NCBI GenBank assembly: GCA_043770615.1
Contig: JAYVHY010000295.1
Coordinates: 2,157 to 66,156 of the forward strand
Direction of reading: 5' to 3'
Source of the DNA: Armatimonadota bacterium
GTDB taxonomy: Bacteria; Armatimonadota; Fimbriimonadia; Fimbriimonadales; Fimbriimonadaceae
DNA: 64,000 nt
Shown here: positions 1-9,768 of the stretch, piece after piece
How positions within the stretch are numbered: the first letter of the stretch is position 1
How the letters are laid out: every line of letters starts with the position of its first letter
Translations under genes and position numbers: made by a program
Notes under the pieces: model-generated
The model's database searches: none
Told to the model about the DNA's origin: nothing
The model's input: the letters and a program-made list of their open reading frames with translations, nothing else

Positions 1-1
1 G

Positions 2-310
2 GGGGAATTGACTCTGTTCGTGAACGGCAATGTAACCCTTGACAAAATCCGAGATGCGAGCAGCGGTACGAACAGACTTGTTGTCATTTGCACGGGAACG
101 GTCACTTTCAATCCAGGCGTCAATGATGCTTTCATTATTACAGCTGGTTCAGTTGTATCGGCAGGAACTCCTGGACCAAGAACATTAAACGGGTCGCTGG
201 CAGGAAGTCAGTTCCCAACTACAACTAGTTCGTTCAACATTGTTTTTGACAACTATTTCGTAGCAAATGGTTTTGGTGGATTCCGATACTACATTCCGGG
301 CCAATGGTAA
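2..310 (+). CDS. C-terminal part of a probable pilus-associated (PilX/minor pilin-like) protein, truncated by the window start
   Basis: Frame is open from the window edge to TAA at 308-310; Gly/Thr/Asn-rich beta-type sequence (LFVNGNVT, LVVICTGTVTF); lies directly upstream of the pilus operon. Product call is from context only. Confidence 0.5.
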   Translation, partial: GELTLFVNGNVTLDKIRDASSGTNRLVVICTGTVTFNPGVNDAFIITAGSVVSAGTPGPRTLNGSLAGSQFPTTTSSFNIVFDNYFVANGFGGFRYYIPGQW

Positions 311-319
311 ACACCAAAC

Positions 320-348
320 CTAAAGAGATTCGTTAATTCTGCCGACTC
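320..348 (+). promoter_or_regulatory. sigma28 (FliA/SigD/WhiG)-like promoter
   Basis: cTAAA(321-324)-N16-GCCGACTC(341-348) resembles TAAA-N15/16-GCCGATAA; a second copy with identical spacing sits at 9721-9749. Confidence 0.55.
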
Positions 349-399
349 TATAAGTAACAAATCCATGTATTTCTACCAGGGTATTACGGGGAGGGTCAG

Positions 400-2121
400 G
401 TGAGAAGAAGTCTTCACCTTGCTTTCCAGGCAGATAAGCAGTATTTACGACTGCGATGGGTCATCCTATTTTTCGTTGCCGCAATGGCGCTGACGATCCC
501 GAAAGGAGCGTCACCGGCGGCTATTGGGGGCAAGGGATTGGAAGGAAATACATCCATAAACTCGCTGCTCTTAGGCGCCATCATGGCAATCGAAGCCCTC
601 ATGGGTATCGCAGCATTTATGGCTATGCGAACTCTTGATGCTTACAAAGCAAAAGGACACCTTTTTCCTGGAATTCTTCGACTTGCAGACCTTGCCGCGA
701 TTTGTTTTGCGACCTCTGCTCGCCCTCAAGACCTCGGTAACCTTTGGTTAATCGCCATTCCGATCATTCTCTTTGAATGTCTCAGCACTCCAAAAACCCA
801 ACGTGCAGTTTTCTTTACGATAGCGGCGATTATCTTCGTTAGCTATCATGGAATCGTTACGAACCAATACATGTCGGTTATCACTCCGGCGGTCTCGGTT
901 CTGGCAACGGGCTTTATTGGCATCATCTTTTCTAAATTTCAAACCAAGGATCGAATTCTTCGTGAGCGAGACAAGCGACTTACCACGCTCATGAATACGG
1001 CGGCAAACATGTCGCTATCAGGTGACGTTCGCACGTTGATCACCAGTACGCTTAAGGCGGCGATCCTCGACTTGGGTGCCAGCGCCGGTACGGTTTCACT
1101 TACGTGCGAAGAAGACAATAGTGTTCTCCTCACCGAGGCGGCATACGGCGTTAAGGGAGATTTCGAATTTCCTCTTGTGGTGACAATGGGTGAAGGTGTA
1201 TCTGGTTACGTTGCCAAGACAGGTCAACCGATCACGCTCACCGCTAAGAATGGCGAGTTCATTGACTGCGACGGGTTTGGTATTCCGGTGAAGTCTGCCT
1301 TCTGTTTGCCTCTAGTTAATCGCGAGTCTTCCGGTGTTGGAGTTTCCCATTCCGAGTTGATGATTGGCGCGATGACCATTGTCCACTCAGATGAAAATGT
1401 CACGCTTGAATCCGAAGAACTTGACTTGTTGCAAAGCCTTTCTTCCCTTCTTGCAAACGCAGTCCATAACGCTCGCATGGAAGAACGATCGCGAGCTACG
1501 TTTATTCGAACTCTCGAATCACTTGCGACCGCACTTGAAGCCCGAGATGAATATACGCGTGGTCACTCACAGCGTGTTTGCGATCTTTCGGTCATGATCG
1601 GTCTGAGACTTGGCCTCATGCAAGATGCCCTCGAAGAACTACGAATTGGAACGATTCTTCACGATATTGGCAAGATCGGTGTACCAGATCACATTCTCAA
1701 TAAGCCAGGAAGACTTACCGACGAAGAGTTCAATACGATGAGGACTCACCCGGTCATTGGGTATGAAATTTGTCGACCGCTTATGTTGAGCGAAGGCGTA
1801 CTTCTCATTATTCGAAACCACCACGAAAAACTTGATGGTAGTGGATATCCCGATGGACTTAAAGGTGGCGAATTGCCCCTTTCACTCCGAATAGTCTGCG
1901 TTGCTGACGCTTTCGACGCGATGAGTAGCCGACGACCTTACCGAGGCGTTATGGACATGGGGCACGTCATGGGCGAAATGTCGAAAGGCGCGGGAGTTCA
2001 ATTTGACCCAGTTGTGGTTGAGGCGCTTAAGGAGCTTTTGACTGCCGGAGAACTTGACGAGCTATACGTTGATTACTGGACAAAACCTGCAAACGATTTC
2101 CCTGAGGCACAAGCAGCTTAA
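400..2121 (+). CDS. Membrane-anchored GAF + HD-GYP domain protein (putative cyclic dinucleotide phosphodiesterase)
   Basis: Several N-terminal hydrophobic helices; GAF-like GEGVSGYVAKTGQP; YTRGHSQRV, LHDIGKIG, HHEKLDGSGYPDGL and VADAFDAM motifs. Confidence 0.9.
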   Translation: MRRSLHLAFQADKQYLRLRWVILFFVAAMALTIPKGASPAAIGGKGLEGNTSINSLLLGAIMAIEALMGIAAFMAMRTLDAYKAKGHLFPGILRLADLAAICFATSARPQDLGNLWLIAIPIILFECLSTPKTQRAVFFTIAAIIFVSYHGIVTNQYMSVITPAVSVLATGFIGIIFSKFQTKDRILRERDKRLTTLMNTAANMSLSGDVRTLITSTLKAAILDLGASAGTVSLTCEEDNSVLLTEAAYGVKGDFEFPLVVTMGEGVSGYVAKTGQPITLTAKNGEFIDCDGFGIPVKSAFCLPLVNRESSGVGVSHSELMIGAMTIVHSDENVTLESEELDLLQSLSSLLANAVHNARMEERSRATFIRTLESLATALEARDEYTRGHSQRVCDLSVMIGLRLGLMQDALEELRIGTILHDIGKIGVPDHILNKPGRLTDEEFNTMRTHPVIGYEICRPLMLSEGVLLIIRNHHEKLDGSGYPDGLKGGELPLSLRIVCVADAFDAMSSRRPYRGVMDMGHVMGEMSKGAGVQFDPVVVEALKELLTAGELDELYVDYWTKPANDFPEAQAA

Positions 2122-3300
2122 ATGTTTTCTAGCACTTTCGATCTTGGTAAAAGCGGTAGGCAATCACTCGGCGTGGACTTCGGTTCTCGTTCGACAAAGG
2201 TTTTGCTTCTTAATCAAATGGGCGACCGAATTGACATTCAGGCCGCAGGTTCCTTTACTAATCCAGAGTCAGGAGTCAAAAATGGTGTCATCGTTGAGCC
2301 GAAAGAATTCGGCAAAAAACTCGCCGCCTACATGGCGGAAAACTCGATTCAGTGCGAAACGGCGGTATTCGATGTCCCCAGTAACTTAGCCGTTTTGAGA
2401 TGGGTCAACCTGCCGGATCTAGAGGGTCAGGAACTTCGTGAAGCTGCCAAATTTAAGGTGCGAAAGCATCTTCCATTCCCACTTGAAAGTGCTTACATTG
2501 AAGTTTCGCGGATGTCGGACGAATACGATCGAGATGTACCTTCACTCATCGTTGCCGTACCAAAGAAGATTATTGACAGTCGAGCTGAAGCGATCCTACA
2601 CGCCGGTATTGTTCCGATACGTGCAGAACTAGAAGCACAAGCTATCCTTCGGATAGTAGAACGGAAGCTTAACAAGAAATCTGCTCTTTGGCGAGATGCC
2701 TCGTTAACCATTATTGATTTTGGCGCGACCAACACACACATGTACGTTGTGCAGAACCAGCAACTTCAGTTCATTCGTGGAGTTAAGTTCGGGTCTGCCA
2801 TGTTCCATGATGCCGTTTCTCAAGCCCTTAATGTGAGTGCCGATCAAGCCGAAGAAATGCTTCATGACACATTTACACGGCTCAACGACAATGGAATTCT
2901 TACCGTCCCCTTTGATAACTCATTCGCTTTAGTGAACCTTCAAGTCGAGCTCGAAAAGTTGACTAAGGAGGTTTGGAGGTTGATGCGTTACTTCCGATCA
3001 CTTCACCCCGAGAGAAGCTATGCCGGAATTCTCGACCAAGCAATTTTGGTGGGTGGACTTGTTGGTCTCAATGGGTTTGCAACCTATTTAGAGCAAAAAC
3101 TCGGATTGAGAATTGAATTTGCTCGACCAATTGCGGGAATGATGACCCGATTTAATCAAGAAACTTTTGCTAATGTATCGAATCGACAAGAAGCATACAC
3201 AGTCGTTATGGGACTAGCCCTCGCGGGTCTTAGTCAAAGTGAACTATCAAGGAGTCAAGCCGAAGGTGCAAGGGAATATAACTGGATCCGCTCAGCATAA
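2122..3300 (+). CDS. pilM: Type IV pilus assembly protein PilM (actin-like)
   Basis: LGVDFGSRSTK, IIDFGATNT and ILVGG actin-fold motifs; HLPFPLE; first gene of a pilMNOPQ-like order. Confidence 0.85.
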   Translation: MFSSTFDLGKSGRQSLGVDFGSRSTKVLLLNQMGDRIDIQAAGSFTNPESGVKNGVIVEPKEFGKKLAAYMAENSIQCETAVFDVPSNLAVLRWVNLPDLEGQELREAAKFKVRKHLPFPLESAYIEVSRMSDEYDRDVPSLIVAVPKKIIDSRAEAILHAGIVPIRAELEAQAILRIVERKLNKKSALWRDASLTIIDFGATNTHMYVVQNQQLQFIRGVKFGSAMFHDAVSQALNVSADQAEEMLHDTFTRLNDNGILTVPFDNSFALVNLQVELEKLTKEVWRLMRYFRSLHPERSYAGILDQAILVGGLVGLNGFATYLEQKLGLRIEFARPIAGMMTRFNQETFANVSNRQEAYTVVMGLALAGLSQSELSRSQAEGAREYNWIRSA

Positions 3301-3859
3301 GGTTAAGACGATCAACGTCGAAGTGAACTTGCTTCATGCATGGTCCGATCAACGTGTCGACCTAGAAGCAAATGTCTTTCGGAAAGTCTTCTTCCTGGCG
3401 GTAATCATTATCGTCGGAGTCGTTGCCGTACCGCTCTTGAGTATGCAACGCGGAGCCACTGCCGCGCAAGCAAAACAAATGAGCGTGAATCTTGAGCACA
3501 CACTGAAAGTTAATCGGGACCTTGAGTCAAAGGCGAAGGCAGCGGCACCTTCAATTCAGATGGACGACATGATTGTTCGCTGTCACAAATATTCCAATAG
3601 CTACCTTAATGAACTTGTGCAAGTAATCAACGCGGCTTCAACCCAAATGTACTTTGAACAATTTCAAACCGAAGTTACAAACGGAGAATGCTCGATAAAA
3701 GTTCTGGCGACTGCCTCTAGTACTGAAGTTGGACGAAAATTCGTAGATGCGGCAAGCAAGGGCACCAATATTATGTCGGCGACCCAAACATCCGTTAGGC
3801 AAGGCGCCCTATCAGAATCCAGCATCAAGTTCGATTTTATCAAGAAGGTGAAGATTTAA
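3239..3859 (+). CDS. PilN-like bitopic membrane protein (true start probably somewhat downstream)
   Basis: EVNLL motif (PilM-binding INLLP-like) before one TM helix, then a coiled-coil; follows pilM. Confidence 0.65.
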   Translation: MNYQGVKPKVQGNITGSAQHKVKTINVEVNLLHAWSDQRVDLEANVFRKVFFLAVIIIVGVVAVPLLSMQRGATAAQAKQMSVNLEHTLKVNRDLESKAKAAAPSIQMDDMIVRCHKYSNSYLNELVQVINAASTQMYFEQFQTEVTNGECSIKVLATASSTEVGRKFVDAASKGTNIMSATQTSVRQGALSESSIKFDFIKKVKI

Positions 3860-3860
3860 G

Positions 3861-4430
3861 ATGCGTGGCAATGCAATGATCAGCGAAAACTCGCAGAAGA
3901 CTCTGGATCGGGCAATTTTGGTCGCTGGACTGTCAACTCTGGCAGTTATCGTGTTCATGCTCATCAGTACTGGATTGAGCCATTTCCAGAAGAATGAAGC
4001 AGATGCGAAATTGGCGCTCGCAAAGAATGAGAAGCAGACTCTTGATTCGACGATTGAAAAAGCAAAGCTCATCAGCTTGAAACCAAGCAGCGCAAAAGAA
4101 CTCGGAATTGTTCAGGTTGAACTTAGTCGATTTGCTAAGAAGAATGAATGTCGCCTCATGGAAGTTTCATCAAGCGGCGAACCAGGACTATTCACTTCGA
4201 AATATATCAAGGGCTCGGACGCCCGAGGCTGGAAACAACTTCCCATAGACTGTCAAATTGTTGGCTCGCTAGTCAATGTCATGACCATGATTCGAGAGTT
4301 TTCCATGATTTCAATTCCAATTGAGGTCCAGTCGATAGATGTTTTACCCATTGGTCAATCCGAAACTGGAGTTGACAATGTTTCCGCAAAAGTCACATTC
4401 CAAATCCTTAAGCAGGAGGCAACAAAATGA
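3861..4430 (+). CDS. PilO-like bitopic membrane protein
   Basis: N-terminal TM, coiled-coil and a ferredoxin-like C-terminus (QLPIDCQIVGS...IEVQSIDV); operon position. Confidence 0.6.
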   Translation: MRGNAMISENSQKTLDRAILVAGLSTLAVIVFMLISTGLSHFQKNEADAKLALAKNEKQTLDSTIEKAKLISLKPSSAKELGIVQVELSRFAKKNECRLMEVSSSGEPGLFTSKYIKGSDARGWKQLPIDCQIVGSLVNVMTMIREFSMISIPIEVQSIDVLPIGQSETGVDNVSAKVTFQILKQEATK

Positions 4431-5140
4431 GAGTTGGAGATCATAAAAAAGCAGCTGTATTGGGAGTCGTAGCCATAATCGCCTTGGGATTTGTTGGCAA
4501 AACCGCCCTTGGTGCTTTTAGCGGTCACGGCTCGAATCAACCTTTGAAAGTAATCAATCAAGGTGGTCCGATTCAAGGTAGCGAACCGACGACCGCGCCT
4601 GCACCCGTTGATTCGACCGAGAAAACCCCGAATTCCGCACCAAATCAGTCCTCAGCGATGCCAACAAATCCGGGTCTGATTGTGAGAGATGCCTTTACTA
4701 AACCAGAATCGCAGAAACCAGTCAAAACGAGTCAGTTTGAGACGGCACAACGCAGTAATAGTCGTGAAACCTATTCCGAAACAACGCCTGCGAACCCGTT
4801 TGACCCTGGAATTGCAGGCAACCTACCACCTGGTGATTCGAAGCCCGATCCCAAGTCAATCCCCGGTACCGATGATCAATCAAAAGGCCCCAAAACGGAG
4901 GCAACCAAGGATATCGAAACCAAGAAATCGAAACCATCTGTCGTGGTCAAATTTGAAGGATTTGTTGACGCTGGCAGCCCGATGGGCATCATTTCGATCC
5001 AAGGAAGTTCCTTTAGTGTTCGCGTTGGCGAAGTAGTTGACGGCGGCTATAAGATCCTGTCGATTTCAAATGACAAGATCAAGATTCAAAAAGGACAATT
5101 TACAAAGACAATTTCAATCGGTAAGGAGACACAGTTCTAA
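4427..5140 (+). CDS. PilP/GspC-position protein: TM anchor, Pro-rich disordered linker, small C-terminal beta domain
   Basis: ATGA overlap with the upstream gene and a GGAGG SD; C-terminal FSVRVGEVVDGGYKILSIS resembles the PilP/GspC HR domain. Confidence 0.55.
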   Translation: MRVGDHKKAAVLGVVAIIALGFVGKTALGAFSGHGSNQPLKVINQGGPIQGSEPTTAPAPVDSTEKTPNSAPNQSSAMPTNPGLIVRDAFTKPESQKPVKTSQFETAQRSNSRETYSETTPANPFDPGIAGNLPPGDSKPDPKSIPGTDDQSKGPKTEATKDIETKKSKPSVVVKFEGFVDAGSPMGIISIQGSSFSVRVGEVVDGGYKILSISNDKIKIQKGQFTKTISIGKETQF

Positions 5141-6756
5141 TGTTTATTTGGTTTTATTCACCCGTGCCCAAGATTGGGCTCCATACGACTCATGTTGCGC
5201 CCGCAAAGCTGGCTAAGGTCGCTTCGTCAAAGGTAAAGGGCGTTTTGCCGAAGGCCAAAGTTCTCTTTACTAGCCATTCAGGGAGCCATGTCCAACTTTC
5301 TTTACCGTCGAATTCGAATCCTTTAGCCAAATCGCTTAATTCGATTCCTTTTGGACCAAATCTGAAGTTACAAGAACCGAGTTTTCCGACGGTTCAAAAC
5401 TCTCTTCCGGCAACCTTTTACGTTGAGCCAGCCCAACCGACCCTGGCGAACTTGGAAAAACTTGTAAATCTAAATTTATCGGATACTGCGCTAGCTACGG
5501 TGGTTTCAATCCTCAGTAAGCAGACCGGCGTTAACGCGGTGTTGCTGACAAAGACCGACCAAAAGGTCACGATCAATGTCAAACAAATGCCGTTAGGAGA
5601 AGCCTTTCGTCATCTTGCGATGTTGGCTGGTCTCAAGACTCTGAAAGTCAATAACGCCATTATTTTTGCGGATGATGCGGCACTCAAATCTGCATATCCC
5701 AAGGAATATGATGTCGAATACGGCGTTGCTCCAAAAACAGCGACGGTTGATGCAAATTCAGGTAAGACCCAGCCAATTCCAATCCCCGAAGTGGCAGATG
5801 TTATCCAAAGAATTTATTCCCTCAGATATCAGGATGCGACGTTAGTGAGCACGGCTCTCAAGGACTATCTTCAGACCAAGAAAGTAACCATTACTGCACT
5901 GCCAAACACCCTCTTGCCAAACTTAGCTAATGCTGGCGGAGTTTCGATTGGCGGATCGAGTAGCTCTAGTGGTGGCTCGGGATCATCGGTGCCAGCCGAA
6001 ACCCGCGGAAAGCGAATTCTCCTTTCGGGGCCAGCCGCAGGTGTTCAAGAGACAATGACCATCCTTCAGCAAATGGATGTTCCCCGGCGTCAAGTTGAAA
6101 TTACGGTCACCATCCATGATGTTTCAAATGATGCCCTCAAAGAAGTTGGCATTTCGTGGGACTTTGGTCAAACAACCGTTTCGGAAGCAGTCAACGGCAA
6201 TGCCAATGTCGGTACCTTTAGCCGAACTGGTCTCTCATTTGTTGGCACCATTCAAGCCCTCGAAAAAGCCGCGAAAGCCAAGCTATTAGCTTCTCCGAAC
6301 ATCAGTGTTATGGACGGAGTCCAAAGTTCGATTTTGATTGGTGAAAAGAGGAGGTTTCCGGTCGTTACCGGTACAACCGCAAACGGACAGTTCATCTATT
6401 CAACTGAAGAGCAAAATGTCGGCATATATCTTCTTGTCGCAACGGATATCACCGACGATGGCACCGTCACTTTGGCAATCAATGCCCAAGTTTCTTCGAT
6501 CCTTGGCTTTTTGCAGTTGAACGGAGGAAGCTATCCCCAAATTTCCACTCGAGAATCGAAGTCGACCCTTCACTTAAAAGATGGGCAGACCATGTTGATG
6601 GGCGGCTTGCTACGGGATGAAGATATTGTCAACCTTCAGAAAGTTCCTTACTTGAGTCAAATCCCGTTTTTTGGTGAACTCTTTAAGAGTCGAAAAACAA
6701 CAAGGAACAGCTCACAACTCTTGATTAGCATCACGCCACACATTATCAAGCAATGA
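5140..6756 (+). CDS. pilQ: Secretin (PilQ/GspD family)
   Basis: MDVPRRQVEI, AKLLASPNISVMDG, LKDGQTMLMGGL, KVPYLSQIPFFGELFKS and LLISITPHII secretin motifs. Confidence 0.9.
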   Translation: MFIWFYSPVPKIGLHTTHVAPAKLAKVASSKVKGVLPKAKVLFTSHSGSHVQLSLPSNSNPLAKSLNSIPFGPNLKLQEPSFPTVQNSLPATFYVEPAQPTLANLEKLVNLNLSDTALATVVSILSKQTGVNAVLLTKTDQKVTINVKQMPLGEAFRHLAMLAGLKTLKVNNAIIFADDAALKSAYPKEYDVEYGVAPKTATVDANSGKTQPIPIPEVADVIQRIYSLRYQDATLVSTALKDYLQTKKVTITALPNTLLPNLANAGGVSIGGSSSSSGGSGSSVPAETRGKRILLSGPAAGVQETMTILQQMDVPRRQVEITVTIHDVSNDALKEVGISWDFGQTTVSEAVNGNANVGTFSRTGLSFVGTIQALEKAAKAKLLASPNISVMDGVQSSILIGEKRRFPVVTGTTANGQFIYSTEEQNVGIYLLVATDITDDGTVTLAINAQVSSILGFLQLNGGSYPQISTRESKSTLHLKDGQTMLMGGLLRDEDIVNLQKVPYLSQIPFFGELFKSRKTTRNSSQLLISITPHIIKQ

Positions 6757-8465
6757 ACATTGACAAGCCGCTAAGTGAGATTTTTGTCGAGGAAGGATTC
6801 GTCACTCGTGATGAACTCAATGAGATCCTCGCGCGTCGTGAAAACACGACGGAACCACTTGGCGACCTGCTCATTCGGCTTAAGCGAATCACCGAAAAGC
6901 AGAAGTTGCAATGTATGGGATTGCAAATGGGTGTGCCATTTATTGATCTGGCAACCTTAGAACCCGACCCCATTTCTTCAACGATTATTCCGCACTCGGT
7001 AGCAGTCCGCTTGCTGGTCATCCCGGTTGAAGTAACCGACGTTTCGGCCTCGGTCGCAATGGTTGACCCGCTTAATCTATCAGCGCTCGATGAACTTACT
7101 AACTTGACTGGGCGAGATATTGATCCGCTCATTGCCACGGAATCGGACATCCGGGAGTCAATATTTCGTGCATTTGGTGCTTACGATGACCTTGGTGAAA
7201 TTCTCGGCGAGGCAGTTCGTGGAGTTGATACGGAAGGAATTCAACTCAAGGAAGTTGACGAAGAAGAACTTGATCCAATCAATATTGTCGAGCTTAAAGA
7301 GGTCGGCGATGGCGCACCGGTGGTCAAGCTGGCAAACGCCCTGTTGGTACGAGCAATTTCTATGCGAGCCTCCGACGTTCACATTGAGCCATATCAAAGG
7401 AAAGTTCGGGTTCGAGTTAGAATTGACGGTCTCTTGCAAGAGATCATGGTTATTCCCAAAGATCTTCAGTTACCGCTTACATCAAGAATCAAACTGATGG
7501 CTGGACTCGATATTGCCGAGCGAAGAGCTCCCCAAGATGGCCGATGTACGTTGGTTGCACCTCAAGGTGAGTTCGACTTCCGGGTATCGACATACCCCAG
7601 TGTTTACGGCGAGACCATGGTTATCCGAATTCTCGATAAGAACGCGGCAATGATCAACCTTGCGAAGCTTGGCATTCACTCGAAAGCCCATAAGACTCTC
7701 ATCTCCAAACTGGAAGAGCCCCAGGGATTGATTTTGGTGACTGGTCCAACTGGGTCCGGCAAAACCACCACACTTTACGCATCTCTTCACCATCTTAATT
7801 CGATCTACCGAAACATCATTACCATCGAAGATCCAGTTGAGTATCAGATGGAAGGCATTACCCAAGGAAACTTAAACGTCCGGGCGGGCGTAACGTTTGC
7901 TGCAGGTCTTCGATCCATGCTAAGGCAAGACCCTGACGTTATTCTGGTAGGAGAAATCCGAGACGGTGAAACCGCTTCGATTGCTACCGAAGCCGCATTA
8001 ACTGGGCACTTAGTTTTAAGCTCATTGCACGCAAATGATGCTTCGAGTGCGATAACAAGACTTCTTGATATGGGAATTGAGCCCTTCCTTCTTGGTGGCT
8101 CGGTATCTTGTTCGATCGCTCAACGCTTGGTTCGAACCAATTGTCCGAAGTGCTTAGAAGAATACCGACCTGATCCTGAGAATATCCGACGGCTTGGTCT
8201 TGATCCTCAACACAAGTACATTCGGGGTCGAGGTTGCGAACATTGCACCAAGACAGGATATCGCGGTCGAATTGGCATCTACGAATGCCTCGAAATGAAC
8301 TCCGAACTTCGACGAATGGTCCTAACCGGCAAACACGCGTCAGAAATACAGAGAGTCGCAGTGGAATCGGGACTCATAACGTTACGAATGGATGCCTCGG
8401 AGAAAGTAATTGCCGGGATTACAACGGTTGAAGAGGTCCTGCGGGTCACGGCGGAGAACGTCTAA
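6753..8465 (+). CDS. pilB: PilB/GspE assembly ATPase
   Basis: ASDVHIEP, LDIAERRAPQDGR, Walker A GPTGSGKTT, TIEDPVEY, LRQDPDVILVGEIRD, CPKC...CEHC zinc motif. Confidence 0.93.
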   Translation: MNIDKPLSEIFVEEGFVTRDELNEILARRENTTEPLGDLLIRLKRITEKQKLQCMGLQMGVPFIDLATLEPDPISSTIIPHSVAVRLLVIPVEVTDVSASVAMVDPLNLSALDELTNLTGRDIDPLIATESDIRESIFRAFGAYDDLGEILGEAVRGVDTEGIQLKEVDEEELDPINIVELKEVGDGAPVVKLANALLVRAISMRASDVHIEPYQRKVRVRVRIDGLLQEIMVIPKDLQLPLTSRIKLMAGLDIAERRAPQDGRCTLVAPQGEFDFRVSTYPSVYGETMVIRILDKNAAMINLAKLGIHSKAHKTLISKLEEPQGLILVTGPTGSGKTTTLYASLHHLNSIYRNIITIEDPVEYQMEGITQGNLNVRAGVTFAAGLRSMLRQDPDVILVGEIRDGETASIATEAALTGHLVLSSLHANDASSAITRLLDMGIEPFLLGGSVSCSIAQRLVRTNCPKCLEEYRPDPENIRRLGLDPQHKYIRGRGCEHCTKTGYRGRIGIYECLEMNSELRRMVLTGKHASEIQRVAVESGLITLRMDASEKVIAGITTVEEVLRVTAENV

Positions 8466-9697
8466 TGGTTTCTTACGTCTACAAAGGGGTCGACTCTCGC
8501 GGCGCGAAAATTGAGGGTCAAGTTACTGCCGCATCCCTGGACGATGCTGAAAAGAAGCTCTCGATTCAAGATATCTCGATTCATGTTTTGGTACCGGCCC
8601 AGGGGGCAAAAGGGTTTAAGAAAGTCGAGGCATCTGACCGAACCATCAAACTGGTTAAAAAGAAGGTGTCGGCCCAAGATTCTGCTGACGTATTGTCAAA
8701 CTTGGCGATCATGGCTGAAACCGGAGTCCCCTTCATTGAAGCCCTTGACGCAGTTATATATAGCGCAAGAACTCCGGTTATCCGGGATTCATTGATTGCG
8801 GTTAAGGAAGGAGTCGTCGGAGGGCAAGGGCTCTCGCATTCTCTGCGCATGGCATCAAATATGTTTCCGCCGATCATCACGGACATGGTCCGAGTAGCTG
8901 AATCTGGAGGAAAATTTGACCAAGCCCTCAAAAACGGAGCGGGATACCTTGGCCGAGTTGCAGACATGCGAAAAAAGGTGATGAACGCAATGATGTATCC
9001 GTCGGTGATGCTTGGCGTATCAATCGTCACGATCCTGGTCCTCATCGTCTTTGTCATGCCAAAGTTTGGGCAGGTCTTTTCGCAAATGAAAAGCAAACTG
9101 CCTCTGACTACAACCGTCATGCTTCAAGCCGGGACAACCATACGGGAAAATCCACTTGGCTCGTTGGTGATCGTTTTGGGCCTCGTATTCGGAGTGGCAT
9201 TTCTCCTTCGATTTGATGCGGTAAAGCGAGTTATCACGGCAATAATGAATCGAATACCAATCCTTGGAGACTTGCTGAAGAGACTCGCAATTGCGCGATC
9301 GCTCCAAACCATTGCAGCTCTCTCGACTTCCAACGTGCAATTGCTTTCGGCGATGGAGCAAGGTGCCAAGGTAGCGGGACATCCTGACATTACTCGTGCC
9401 CTTCTCAAGGCTCGTGACGCCATTGAGCACGGTAGCTCCATGTATGACGCAATTGAGAAAACAAACGTCTTTCCTAAGCAAATCACTCAAATGATTGCGG
9501 TAGGCGAAAAGACTGGTCGGCTTTCTCAGCTTTTGGAAGTCATATGCGTTCAAATGGAGAAGGATATTGATGCAAAATTGAGGGCCCTTGTCTCAATTAT
9601 TGAACCTCTGATGATCGTTTCTATGGGTGTTATCGTCGGTTCAATTACAGTTTCGATCATTGGCCCGATTTACTCGGTCATCGAAAACATTAAGTAA
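8465..9697 (+). CDS. pilC: PilC/GspF inner-membrane platform protein
   Basis: Two T2SSF repeats (VAESGG / VGEKTG), AMMYP, LVSIIEP, three TM segments. Confidence 0.92.
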   Translation: MVSYVYKGVDSRGAKIEGQVTAASLDDAEKKLSIQDISIHVLVPAQGAKGFKKVEASDRTIKLVKKKVSAQDSADVLSNLAIMAETGVPFIEALDAVIYSARTPVIRDSLIAVKEGVVGGQGLSHSLRMASNMFPPIITDMVRVAESGGKFDQALKNGAGYLGRVADMRKKVMNAMMYPSVMLGVSIVTILVLIVFVMPKFGQVFSQMKSKLPLTTTVMLQAGTTIRENPLGSLVIVLGLVFGVAFLLRFDAVKRVITAIMNRIPILGDLLKRLAIARSLQTIAALSTSNVQLLSAMEQGAKVAGHPDITRALLKARDAIEHGSSMYDAIEKTNVFPKQITQMIAVGEKTGRLSQLLEVICVQMEKDIDAKLRALVSIIEPLMIVSMGVIVGSITVSIIGPIYSVIENIK

Positions 9698-9720
9698 CTA
9701 AAAAAGAAGCAAATATCCCC

Positions 9721-9749
9721 CTAAAGTTAGGGGAAGAAGTTACCGAAGT
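9721..9749 (+). promoter_or_regulatory. sigma28-like promoter for the pilin gene
   Basis: cTAAA(9722-9725)-N16-ACCGAAGT(9742-9749), same spacing as the 320-348 motif. Confidence 0.5.
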
Positions 9750-9768
9750 ATTAACTGTAGAGAGGCTT

